This document shows positions 1-11,509 of a stretch of 64,000 nucleotides of DNA, one piece after another. The translations under genes and the position numbers were made by a program. Numbering within the stretch: the first letter of the stretch is position 1; each line of letters starts with the position of its first letter. The notes under the pieces are model-generated. The model was given only the letters and a program-made list of their open reading frames with translations, did no database searches and was not told the origin of the DNA. This DNA is from Leucoraja ocellata. Lineage: Eukaryota. The stretch lies in contig JAWMAR010000293.1 of the NCBI GenBank assembly GCA_036785375.1, forward strand, positions 930,001 to 994,000, read 5' to 3'.

Positions 1-520
1 ACGGAGCGAGGGGAGGGCTTGCTGACAACTGCACACACTCACCTGCCCCAGCTAACCTCCAGGGCAGGGGGGCCGCGTACTGAGCGGAGGGGTGGGCAGG
101 GAAGCGCAGTGAGCTCCAACAGCGCTGGGGGAGAATCGGGGCGCTAATGTAAAACAGGAGGGGTTGGATCACACCGGACCGGGGCAACCTGTCGGCGGCG
201 CTCGCCACCCCCGGGGTCCCGGGGCAAGGTGGCCGGCTCGCAACCAAAATCCTCCGTCCCGTTCCGGACGCGCGCACACCTCCCGCTCCCTAGTTGTGGC
301 CAGCGGGGGCTGCGTTGTATCTCGGACACCGAGGCTCCCCGTTGCCCAACGCAGGCGCGGTACTGCCTGACACTTTGGAGTTGGCTTTGGAAACGAGCGG
401 CGGTTCGCCGGCCCGCCTAACCAGCGACTCGTGCCGCAGCTTGTCAGAGGCGAAGAATATTTCTCCTGTTCCTCCCGAGGGGGCAATTAAATCATGTCCC
501 CGCAACGCGAACAACGTTAC
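1..520. promoter_or_regulatory. CpG-island-like GC-rich segment ~8 kb upstream of exon 1
   Basis: Dense CpG and GC content, no recognisable repeat or convincing ORF. Truncated by the window edge. Confidence 0.5.
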
Positions 521-869
521 TTAAAACAAACACAGGTAACAAACGTGCCGAGAGAAGCAGTCGTTGTGGAGATAGTAGCAACTGGATGGTCAGGTTCAAA
601 CCCCAACCTGCCTCGCAGGGTGATTCCGATGTAACCGCTGCTTCTGGAGGTAACTTGCAATACTCGACCAACTAATCAGAAAAAAAAACTATTACCTGTA
701 AACGAACCGTGATGTACCGAATTATCTCACCGTGTCGATTCAGACGGAGGTTATGACTTTGGCTGTGTGGGATCAGGGTTCATCGATCAGCTCTTAATAG
801 TTTTAAGGACCATTTGCACTCACTGCCGAAGTATTCGTTAAACAGGAGTAACCAATTTATACAGAGTGC

Positions 870-1100
870 ATGGAGACACAAGAGACTGCAGACGCTGGAA
901 ACTTGGGAGAAAAAAATCCAAAGGCTGGGAGAATGAGGCGGATCAGGGAACATCTGTGGAGGAAGTGGACAGGCGGCTTTTCGGCTCGAGACCTTCAGGC
1001 TGAAGAAAGTCTGACGAAGAGTCCGGACCCGTAAAGTTGTCTGTCCATTTCCCACCACAGATGCTGCCTGACCCACAGAAACACTGCAACATTTTTGTTG
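870..1100. mobile_element. Older diverged PLE-derived foldback. Similar diverged or partial copies near 4310, 6637, 8470, 9105, 11340, 14690, 18765, 20045, 23110-24140, 27897, 32772, 34445, 41110 and 60723
   Basis: Recurring CTGCAGATGCTGG / GCAGCATCTGTGGA / AGATGCTGCCTGACC motifs in inverted orientation, with degenerate CTGANGA...GAAA remnants. Confidence 0.6.
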
Positions 1101-3356
1101 TTGCTATACTGAATAAGGCGTGAGTGTGTGTGTGCGTGTTAGCCAAAGGCCTTGTCTGCAGGGACAGGACTGAAACATTCTCGACTAGCAGTGCCATCTA
1201 GCACATAAACGGACCCTTTGGCCCACTATGTCCATGCCGTGATAGTCAGCTACATGTCTCCACCAATCTCATTTACCAGTACTGTCGAAGGCCTCCTATG
1301 TATTGGCGATTCCAGCGCTCGACCAGGTATATTTTGAAACCAATGAGAGTACTTTGCCTCCACCACCCACCTACTCGGCCAGTGAGTTCTTATGGTTCTA
1401 CTTTACTTCGCAGTTAGTTTGTCATGGATTTCGTCCAGTACCGGAACACATGGGAAAAGGACGGGGGGTTCAAATCCTGGCCTCCAGCAGTCACGGGGAT
1501 TGTGCTCAGAGGGTTAATTGTCAGATTCACCACGAACGGAACTATGAGATTTCTACTTGCTGAAGACAAAATACATCTTAGTGTAGTCTAGGGACGGGGT
1601 CGGGGGTGAACTGAATGATCAGGCTGGTGCGAGTTTGGTGAAATAGTTACATGGAAGTGGTAGCACGGTTGTAAAATCATAATGTTTCAATCCATATTTA
1701 CTGCGGGGTTTGCTCTGTTTAAAACCGCTTGGCACAAAATTTTGCTGACGGGGTTAAATTTGACCAGTGCACGGGGTGTTTTTGGAGGCGACGGTGCGCC
1801 TGTCCAACGATCATTCGTTAAAGGTCAGTCTGAATTATATTTTTTGTGATTAATAGCCACCAGATGACCGGCTCTGCGTTTCAGTCGCCTCAGCTGGGTT
1901 CCGGTTATAGCCGGGACTTTAACTGCCCAGGTTCTTTCGTTAGAAGTTAATGAGGAGGAAATTAATGAGTTATTGGGAGAGCTGTGATATTGACGAGGGA
2001 TAGTTTTAAGTTTTAAGTTGATGCATTTTGGAAACGAGAGAGTTCTGAAGGAGATGGGGCGCTTTTCCTGTGTAATGGTTAATATCACCAGTGTTACATT
2101 GAGAGACGGGGCTGAAGAGTGTGTGTGTGGGGGGGGGGGGGGGTATTCGTTAACCCCCCCCCCCCCAAAAAAAAAAACCGCCCCCCCCCCACCCCTACCC
2201 ACCAATTAATTTTGGTTAATGTAACATTTGGAAGCAGAACATATATGATTGACAAAGAGTCAGCGAATTTCTACCTGGATTGAAGACCTCATTATGGTCA
2301 TAGAGTCTAACAGCGTGGAAACAGGCCATTCGGCCCAACTTCCCCACACTGGCCAACATGTCCCTACTGCAGTCGTCCCATCCGCCTGCCTTTGGCCATA
2401 TCCCTCCCATCCATGTACCTGTCTTTTTTTTTTAACGTAGCAGTAGTACCTGCCTCAACTACTCGTTCCAACATCTACCACTCTTTGTATGACAAGTTAC
2501 CCCTCAGCTTCTGTTTGCGGCCCCTCTGGTGACCGTATAATCCATTCCTGTAATGTCAGGTCAGTTTATCTAGCTCATCGGTGAACAAACCGCCAGAAGC
2601 TTAGCAGTGGCTCACAGCACCGTAGAATTACTGGGGCAATTCGCCACACCATCTAAACAACTTTGATAAGTTAACGCCCTTGCGGTAAACATTATGCGAT
2701 AATTGTAATTGGGACTGCGGCGTTATTCATTCCTAAAAGGCAAGATACTCGTTGAGGGCTTACTTACTGGATACGCTGTTGTCATTGAGAGTGGGTTGAG
2801 GGGGGTGGGGGGGGGGGGTGAGATGATTCAACGATACATTTCAAAGGGCAATGGATAATGAATTGTGAAAGGATATCTTTGCTTGGCGGCAGAAGGAAAA
2901 ACGGGAGTGGGCCAAAATAGGTCGCTTGTTTCAAAGAACCCCCCCAAAAGCAAAACAGCCTAATAGCCTTTGTTGTTTGATATAGACACGGAGGAATGTG
3001 GGAACTGTGAGAGGAATAGATCGAATAAGTCTCTTGCCCAGAGTATGGGAATCAATAACCAGAGGGCATAGGTTTAAGGTGAGGAGGGCACGATTAAATA
3101 AGAACCTGAGGGGTAATTTTTCATGCAAGAGTGGTAGGTGTTGGAACGAGTAGTTGAGGCAGGTACTATCGCTACCTTTAACAAAAAATAGACAGGTACA
3201 CGGGTGGGACGGGTCTAGAGTGATATGGGCCAAACGCAGACTGGTGGGACGAGTGTGAGGATGTTGGGCCGAATGGCCTGTTTCCTCGCTGTAAAGATTT
3301 TATGACCACAATGAAGTCTTCAGCCCGGGTAGCGGTTCACTGACTCTTTATCAAGC

Positions 3357-3530
3357 ATGTTTAAGAAGGAACTGCAGATGCTGGAAAATCGAAGGTACAC
3401 AAAAATGCTGGAGAAACTCAGCGGGTGCAGCAGCATCTATGGAGCGAAGGGAATAGGCAACGTTTCGGGCCGAAACCGCTCCATAGATGCTGCTGCACCC
3501 GCTGAGTTTCTCCAGCATTTTTGTGTACCT
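3357..3530. mobile_element. PLE-derived foldback (family B)
   Basis: Inverted arms AAAAATGCTGGAGAAACTCAGCGGGTGCAGCAGCATCTATGGAGC and its reverse complement. Flanking direct repeat CTTTATCAA at 3346 and 3529. Confidence 0.8.
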
Positions 3531-4642
3531 TTATCAATCACACCTGGTCTGCTTCAAAATGTTACATTGACCAAAACTAAAAACAGAAAATACCAGAAAC
3601 GTAACCTGCTGATTCGCCGAGTGTTTCTAGTATTTTCGACCTATTTCAGATTTCTGACATCTGAAGTCTTTAATTAACCCGCCTTGGTCTGGGCTGCATT
3701 TTGAGGGGAGGATTTCACCTGTGGTTAAGTGGACGATGTGCCTCCGAGCCGCTCGTTATCTCTCTCTCTTTCTCTCTCTCTTCCCCGTTCTTATCTCTCA
3801 CATTTTTAAATACATCAATAGATCACCTTTCATTCTACGACACTCTCGAGAATTTAGAACTATCTGTGTATATTTAATCCCTTTGTGCCAAATGCTTTAA
3901 TACTCCTTTCTCCTGTGGCGTCCAGTCTGGAGAAAAGTCTATAAGTGTTGTATTAAAAATGCGATAAATGTGCTGCAGTTATTAGAGAGAAGGGCGATTC
4001 CAATTGGTTTGCTTCCATCATTGAAAATGCAAGCAGGAAGTACAGTCCCAATTTCAGAGCCGGATATAAATAATTTTCTATGTCATCATTTAGTTTCACT
4101 CATAGAAGGCAAATCAGGTCGAGTTTATTGTTATATGCATAAGTACTGTGAGGAATAGGTACAATGACAATCTTGCTTGCAGCAGCACCACAGGCACATA
4201 GACACGGACAGACACACAGAAACACATTACACGCAAACAAGTCCCTGTGAAAGGAACTTCAGTGGCAAAAACACAATTTACGCTAGTAAATGCAAGAGAT
4301 GGTTTATCGTTAGACACAGAATGCTGGAGTGACTCAGCAGGACAAGCAGCATCTCTGAAAAGAAGGAATGGGAGATGTTTCAGGTCGAGACCTTTCTGTA
4401 CCTGCTGCCCGATGGTAGCAGCGAGATGAGGCATTGGACCTTGATGAGGATCCTTGATGATAGGTGCCGCAGTTCTTGAGATAGCGCCTCATGTAGATGC
4501 TTTTGAAGGAGGGAACGACTGTACCCGTGATGGACTGGCCTGAGTCTATCACACCCTGTAGACGCTGCATTGGATTTGAATACCAGAATGCAATCAGTCC
4601 GGATACATGAGGGAACCTTGAGTCAGTGGCTGTTTTTAACTG

Positions 4643-4853
4643 TTTAAGAATGAACTTTTTAACTGTTTAAGAAGGAACTGCAGATGCTGGAAAATCGAAG
4701 GTACACAAAAATGCTGGAGAAACTCAGCGGGTGCAGCAGCATATATGGAGCGAAGGAAATAGGCAACGTTTCGGCCCGAAACGTTGCCTATTTCCTTCGC
4801 TCCATAGATGCTGCTGCACCCTCTGAGTTTCTCTAGCATTTTTGTGTACCTTT
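4643..4853. mobile_element. PLE-derived near-perfect foldback (family B)
   Basis: ~75-bp arms centred on GTTTCGGCCCGAAAC. TSD-like GCTGTTTTTAACTG at 4629-4642 and 4854-4867. Confidence 0.85.
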
Positions 4854-5816
4854 GCTGTTTTTAACTGGACTGGTTATTTTCCCATTGAATTATTAACAAC
4901 CCGAGTCACCGGGGAAGATGCACTATTCCGATTTCAAAGGAATACAAAAGCCGCTCCCACTATTCCAGACGCCAACTACCAAAAGTCTTCATGGCAGCCG
5001 AGCCGCTATGGGCAGTCATGCCGACATTCCTGCAACAAGTAGCCAGGAATAGTGACACACTATAATTGATAACTCTAAGGTGGACTTTCAGTCTCATCTA
5101 CAGGACCGCTAGCTTCGCTAATTCCATTGCCTAAGTAGCCGATTGGGGGTCTTTGAAATTGGAGGCTGCTATCTTGCATTCCTCATGTGATTCCCAGTCG
5201 GGACAATGCCACTTGTTAACAGCTCCGTTTATAATGGACCCCACCAAAAATGCTAACGAGACTATTGTCCGAGAGAGTCGCCGGCCACCAGCAAGCGGGG
5301 GATTGGATTCTCGCCTCGGTGGAGGCAGCCAGCGCTTCAGTGTACAGAGAACATTTACCACCCGCTAGGCTGTTGGCTCGGCGGTACATACCTCGCCGGG
5401 TTCTTGAACATTAGCAGCCTGATGATGCCGAATCACTCGCATCTCTGCCTAACGCCCGTTTTATGGAAGCACAGCTGTTATTTTGCCGTGCTTCACCAAT
5501 CACCCCCTTCAAAGTACAAAAACGACAACGGAAAGTCAACATTAATAGGTGTAAATGTAGCGCTCCTTTTGGCACAGTGAGATCGCGCTATAACACTGGT
5601 CATACAAAACACAGTACAGAGTATAATAACGATTTCGTGCCGTAATGGTGTTGTCTAATACCATACGACAATGTTGCAAAACAACGCAGAGCGATGCCAT
5701 TTATTATAGATAAAACTGAACAGTACCATCAAATGTGTAGCGGACAGTGAGCTGTCGGTGACAACTGCCCATAGGGCTGGCCTCCCCGAACACCAGCGGC
5801 CAGACACTAATGTATA

Positions 5817-5852
5817 GGGTCTGAAGAAGGATCCCCACCCGAAACGTCTCCC
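5817..5852 (+). ncRNA. Second hammerhead motif copy; core intact, one mismatch in each of stems I and II
   Basis: GGGT-CTGAAGA-A-GGAT(CCCC)ACCC-GAAA-CG-TC-TCCC, followed by the same PLE-type tail as the 7708 copy. Confidence 0.5.
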
Positions 5853-5919
5853 ATTCCTTCTCGCCAGAGATGCTGCCTGTCCCGCTGAGTTACTCCAGCT
5901 TTTTGTGTCTACCTTCGAT

Positions 5920-6280
5920 GTAGTACAATAAAATATCATGCACTTAACATAAAGCGTGATATAACAGGGTATTGTACAATACAACTGATGCTACACTGTG
6001 CAAACACGGATACAGTCCCATATATAACACAATGCAAAAATGTAATGGAATATGCCATAGTACGGTGTAATAAAAGTGGACACAATACAGTATATAATCC
6101 CAGAGATATATTGTACAGCAAGATATAATGCAGATCATATTACAGATCAATCATACGATCATGAATTGAATGTATTTCAATGTAATGAAATAGACCGCAG
6201 TGTATTAAAATGCGATGTATACGCATCTTAATGCACAATTAATTTGTATAATATAATATAATACAGCTTAAAGTGTACTG
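5920..6280. repeat. Degenerate AT-rich low-complexity tract with short-period ATACA/GTATA-like units
   Basis: Recurring ACAAT/ATACA/TGTAA pentamers. The Tyr/Cys/Ile-rich ORFs here are compositional artefacts. Confidence 0.5.
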
Positions 6281-7707
6281 TACTAATTGGCAGTAGAGTT
6301 ATTGGAAACAACAGAGTTCCAGTGAGAATCCGACGCTGTTCCCAACTGAAGCACGGGCGCAGGGAAAAGCAGTTCTATACACTCATGCAGGCAAGCTGAA
6401 ATGTTGGCAGTTCTCTCAGGAACATTGGAGTTTAAGGGAAGATCCAAACATAATATTTCGTGGCGAAAATTTGCTTCGTGGCGAATTCTTACTTCGGACG
6501 GTTGATGAGTCTCTGGAAGGGAAAATTTTTTTTTTTCTCGCAGCAGGCGGTCAGAATTTAATTTTAAATCACGTAGTTGATGTTCGCAAGGTAAAATACG
6601 AAAGCGGTAAACACGATTCAATCTCCGGTGCAGCAGCATCTATGGAGCGAAGGCGGTTTGTTCACCGATGAGCTCCATAGATGCTGCTGCACCCGCTGAG
6701 TTTCTCCAGCAATTTTGTGTACCTTCGATTTTCGTAACCATAACACATGATTACATCTCCAGTTGCAGACCGGGCAGCGACAATCGGCACATTAATCCCT
6801 GCCTGCAGGAGAGAGTGTAATATTCCAACAACAGAACATTGTTGGATATTAAAACACGTTACTGCGGTGACAATCGTTATATATAATAATAATAACAATA
6901 ACTAACATGTGTGTAACTATAAAGCACAAAGTAAAGGCGGCGCCGAACAGAGTAACACGGCGAATTATTGCGGACAATCGTTTAATATTTGCATGGACTG
7001 AAAGAGCACATTTGCAGCAAAGACACGTTCTGTTCATGGCCTTACCGCCGGCGGGTTCTGCAACACGAACGGATTTACAAATGAGCGTTTTAATGCACAT
7101 AACTATCTATTTGTGAATTTGGTTCAATGTCGAGCTCTTGGATTGTCAGCCTGGCGTAGGCTGGTGGAAGATGGGATCCAAGGGTCGCGATCACCCCTTC
7201 GGTCGACTGCTCGCAGGCAGCTTAATGCACTACTGACAGACCGCTGACTTTGAAATCAACTGCTTGGGGCGGCTCTATTGGACATCCCCATTTGCCAAGG
7301 GGTAGGCAGCTCTGACCTGGTCTGTACTACTGGATTGCTGCTACACATTCCGGACATGCCTCTGTCCACGGATGTCGAGGGGGGGGTGAGGTGTGAGTAG
7401 GGCCGGCGATTTCCCTGACCCCTTCAAACATCTTCAGAGTGGGAGGTAGGCGTTCAGTGACTCACTATATTTTTTCATTGTAAACCGGTTCTACCCATGG
7501 CCCGGGATCTGTCAACGTGCACCGACAGGATGCTGTGCTGCGATTTCCGGAACCAAAGTGTTGTGACTTCTAACCGCAACAATCCCGAGTCACCGGCTGC
7601 AAGGAGCGAGTGTCGGGCGGGAATTAACTCCACACGGGCAGCGAGCTCCACTCTCGCTGTCGGTGACAACTGCCCAAAGGGCTCCAGGCCAACAGCGGCC
7701 AGACACA

Positions 7708-7743
7708 GGGTCTGAAGAAGGGTCTCGACCCGAAACGTCACCC
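7708..7743 (+). ncRNA. Minimal type-I hammerhead ribozyme motif (Penelope-like-element associated)
   Basis: GGGT-CTGAAGA-A-GGGT(CTCG)ACCC-GAAA-CG-TC-ACCC: stem I GGGT/ACCC, CUGANGA and GAAA cores, 4-bp stem II, palindromic ACGT minimal stem III, GUC cleavage triplet. Confidence 0.7.
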
Positions 7744-7899
7744 ATTCCTTCTCTCCACAGACGCTGCCTGTCCCGCTGAGTTACTCCAGCATTTTGTGTC
7801 TATCTTCGGTGTAAACCAGCATCTGCAGTTCCTTCCTACACAACACAGATCAGTAATACTCTGTGGATGAGCTTTGTGTAAGCGGGGAGGCATTTGCAA

Positions 7900-8440
7900 C
7901 CACGGGGGCGGATTGGAGACGTTGTTTTAGCGCATGGAGTGGTTGCTGTGAAAAGTAGGATCACGTTAAGTGTGGGGTGGGGGGGGTTGGGGACTGGATG
8001 CGAACCTGGCGCCGGCAGCGAGCCATAGACCGGCTTTCTCACACTGCATCAAAGATACTAGATGCTCCTCTGGTATATTTGCAGTGCGCGGGGCTCCGGC
8101 CCCACAGAGCCACCCACCGGCAACAGGCGGGCAATATCGGGCCAGAGTCCCGCCCAGAGGCGGAGCAAGGCGGCGGCATCCGCTGATCCGCCTGCCGATC
8201 GGCGCACTCATTGGAGGGTGTGCCGAGCCCCGTTGACCATTAGAGGGGGAGCAGCGGTCGGCGGCTCTCGGCACACACAGGGGAAGGCAGGCGGGCAGGC
8301 GGGCAGCGGCGGCACGGTGCACCTCACCCAGCGCTGCCTCTCAGTTGATCTGACGTCGGAGCAAACATGTTGTGGAAACTAGCTGACAACGTCAAGTACG
8401 AAGACGATTGCGAGGTGAGAGCGGCGGCTCGCTGCTGCAA
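7900..8440 (+). promoter_or_regulatory. CpG-rich promoter / 5' UTR of the AP-2 gene
   Basis: High GC and CpG density around exon 1. Inverted CCAAT (ATTGG) near 7912 and at 8210-8214, GC box CCGCCC near 8150, CRE-like TGACGTC at 8351-8357. No clear TATA box. Confidence 0.75.
8367..8414 (+). CDS. TFAP2C: AP-2 transcription factor (TFAP2C-like), coding exon 1: MLWKLADNVKYEDDCE
   Basis: ATG in gcaaacATGt context. Translation matches the AP-2 N-terminus (human AP-2gamma MLWKITDNVKYEEDCE), with SUMO-type VKYE motif. Phase-0 donor GAG|GTGAGA. Too short for the ORF track. Confidence 0.93.
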
Positions 8441-9862
8441 CTTGCGGGGTTTGAATGCTCTTTAAATCTTGGTCTGAAGAAGGGTTTCCACCCATTCCTT
8501 CTCTCCAGAGATGCTGCCTGTCCCGCCAAGTTACTCCAGCGTTTCGCGTCTATCTTTTAACTTTGGAGAGACCTCTTCCCTGTAGCACTAGACAAGTGCC
8601 GAAGTAAATTTCGTTACTCAAGTCCGCCGAACCAGGGTTATCCTGTTAAGTAAAGAAACGCCAGGAACTATTTGAGAAGTTTACATCACCTTTCCCTAAC
8701 CCCCCCTTCATCGCCCGTGCCCCCAATTCATGCCCCTGTATTAACTAGTGTCCGTAGACTTTGTGGTTTACACTAGTCAACCACTCTTGCTTAACTAGAG
8801 ATTGGGTTTGGACTCGTTCGCGTAGTTACAAATCCCTTGCTGCTCCAGGGGAGATCGTGGATAATTCTGAGATAAGGATACACTGAATGAAGCTGCAAAC
8901 GGGCATTGGCGACTGGACCCGGTGACGTTAATTTTGGATCTGGGGTCTGAGTGCCGAGAGCGCTACCTGACGGCTCTGTGGGGATTCACTCTGGTGATAC
9001 CTGTGCAAGGAAACAAAGGCCAGAAATGACACCCCGGCTCCTCCCCGGGGGACAGGAAGGCGCATCGCTGAAGTGGAGATTCGCAAAACAGACCGACTTC
9101 AAACAAAAGAGATTGAGATGCTGGAATCCGGCACAAAACATCAAAAAGCTGCGAGAACTCAGCGGGTCAAACAGCATCTGTGACGGCGTTCAGGATCGGA
9201 GTCTCGACCTGAAGTGTCGACCTTCTTGCCTCCACGGATGCTGCTTGACCCGTTTTGTTTCCTGGCAGACGTCACGGTTCAGAGTGGTGTGACAGGGCTA
9301 CACGCGAACGTTCAGCGGAGAGAGGGGGTTTTAATGCTCTATCTAGTTTTACGCAGTCGCTCGAATGCAATGCACATCCACTTGTCAGTTAGTAGGGGTT
9401 GTATCTTCACATCAGGAAATCGTCCTGTTTGGTTAGAACTTTTATCTGGAAGCATTTGCGCAATTTCAACGAAGCGAGACTTCCTCCAGAACCCAACCAC
9501 GCGGCGTGTGTCCTGGGCCCGACCTGGTCCCCTTTCTCTCCTCGGCGCTTTATGTTCTTCGTTTAAAAGCCGACGGCACTAAACAGTCCATGACTGTGTG
9601 TCGGTCGTGCGCCGTGGAGCAGCCAGGTTGGCATTGTAGCCCCCTCCCTTCCCCTCCCTTGCTCCCATTAACTCAAGGTAGTGCTACATAATGTGGACGT
9701 TACAGACCTCCATCCTGCTCGGAACGTCGAACACATTCTCCACACACTGTCCTTGCAGCATTGTGTTTGCATTGACTCTCATAGCCTTGTCGAAACCCGC
9801 GGGACTCTTATGGTGCTTGTCATGGAACTGCTGTCTAGTGGAACCGGCCACTATTTCAGCTC

Positions 9863-10054
9863 GAATGTACAAAAAAAAAATGCTGGAGAAACTCAGCGGG
9901 TGCAGCAACATCTATGGAGCGAAGGAAATAGGCAACGTTTCGGAACGAAACGTTGCCTATTTCCTTCGCTCCATAGATGTTGCTGCACCCGCTGAGTTTC
10001 TCCAGCATTTTTTTTGTACCTTCGATTTTCCAGCATCTGCAGTTCCTTTTTAAA
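9863..10054. mobile_element. PLE-derived foldback (family B), intron 1
   Basis: Arms centred on TTTCGGAACGAAA. TSD-like CACTATTTCA(G/C)CTC at 9849-9862 and 10055-10068. Confidence 0.85.
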
Positions 10055-10666
10055 CACTATTTCACCTCTATGTATTTGAACCCCCCTGTACAGAAAGTGC
10101 GCCTATGTTTACATTGATCCAGAATGTGTACACGGTCTATTATCAGATGCTGCACCTGATTTCACATTCTGGTACAAATTTACAACTTTCTTTTCTTTTT
10201 AACTTCATGGTTCAAATATAAACATTCGAGAATATGGAATTAGTGCTTCGATTTTTCTCTCGGGAAATATCTTGGGCATTTTTATTTCGCCGTAGAATTC
10301 AGTAGTTGCACACCAATAGCTGCAATAATAAATATCCCTGGTTAATGGTTCTTGTTGCTAAAATTCGGCTTTAAACTAATTGGATGCTTGGTTGTGGAAA
10401 TCAGCAGTGATCTACAAAAGCCGATTAGAAATGATCAGTCAGTGTTCGCGAATTTCTAGTGGAATCTAGTGGAATCATGAACTATGATTAACGCGGTAAC
10501 AAGCCATTTCGGTCTCCGGGGCACACTGTAATGGAGGCTGTTACAATGTGATTATTATTGTGCTATGCATTGTTATTGAACGTAGGGCCATTAAAGTTCC
10601 GAGTTGTGACATGAGCAGGCGTGTTATTTTGTTTTGGGAGATTTTAATTTTGATATTAGAAACTTC

Positions 10667-10917
10667 AGTCTAGAATTTAGAAGATTGAGGGGGGATCTTA
10701 TAGAAACTTTCAACATTCTTAAGGGGTTGGACAGGCTAGATGCAGGAAGATTATTCCCGATGTTGGGGAAGTCCAGAACTAGGGGGTCACAGTTTAAGGA
10801 TAAGAGGGAAGTCTTTTTGGACCGAGATGAGAAAATCATTTTTTACACAGAGTGGTGAATCTGTGGAATTCTCTGCCACAGAAGGTAGTTGAGGCCAGTT
10901 CATTGGCTATATTTAAG
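10667..10917 (+). mobile_element. CR1 fragment in intron 1. Further CR1 3' pieces at ~2296-2510(-), 3030-3305(+), 12555-12800(-), 27628-27815(+), 35930-36900(+), 42000-42180(-), 42200-43530(+), 52690-52900(-), 56030-56250(-), 60540-61560(+), 62480-62880(+)
   Basis: SLEFRRLRGDLIETFNILKGLDRLDAGRLFP peptide and CR1 3' UTR motifs. Confidence 0.75.
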
Positions 10918-11119
10918 AATATTAACTCACAATATTTAGAGGTACAGCAGTTAAAATGAACGACCCCGAGCAACCTTTCTTCCTCTTAATTATCAACGGT
11001 GCCCAGGAATGAAAATCAAAAGTAGTCATGTAGACAGCGGAAATCTAAACTAAGAACAGGAAGTGCCGGATAAAATGGAGGTTATGCAGCGTCTGTGGGG
11101 AGGGGAGAGGATCGGTTGA

Positions 11120-11249
11120 TTGTGTTTAAGAAGGAACTGCAGATGCGGGGAAATCGAAGGTAAAAGCGAGGGAAATAGGCAATTGCCCATTTCCCTCGCT
11201 CCATAGATGTTGCCGCACCCACTGAGTTTCTCCAGCATTTTTGTCCACC
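11120..11249. mobile_element. PLE-derived foldback (family B, internally deleted), intron 1
   Basis: Same family sequence. Flanking AGAGGATCGGTTGA (11106) and AGAGGATCAGATGA (11250). Confidence 0.75.
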
Positions 11250-11509
11250 AGAGGATCAGATGAAACATTTGAACCAGCGCAGCAATAGATGCGGACACAG
11301 GGACTGTGCCTTTGTACAAGTAGCAGGGTTCAGGTGAGCGTGAAGAAGGTCGGCACCTCTCCGTGTTCTCCAGAGATGCTGCCTGACCCGCCGAATTACT
11401 CCAGCACTTCGTGCTTGTTATTTTGAATCAACCCTGTATCTGCAGTTCCTTGTTTTCCCGGGGTGCAGGATGGTCGGTAACCGGAGTTCTGTTTGTCTCT
11501 CTCCCCCAG

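Noticed and set aside
3357-3677. Recurrent small ORFs with MLEKLSGCSSIYGAKE (also at 4636, 9691, 11050, 32604, 51422) as a peptide family
   Set aside because: They are translations of the same non-coding PLE tail on both strands, with inconsistent starts and stops.
5936-6150. Tyr/Cys-rich small proteins
   Set aside because: Low-complexity AT-rich tract read in several frames; no splice or homology support.
8887-8921. Possible alternative first exon MKLQTGIGDWT, echoing the TFAP2A MSILAKMGDWQ isoform
   Set aside because: The only nearby GT gives a 35-nt phase-2 exon incompatible with phase-0 exon 2, the donor is weak, and the similarity is only GDW.
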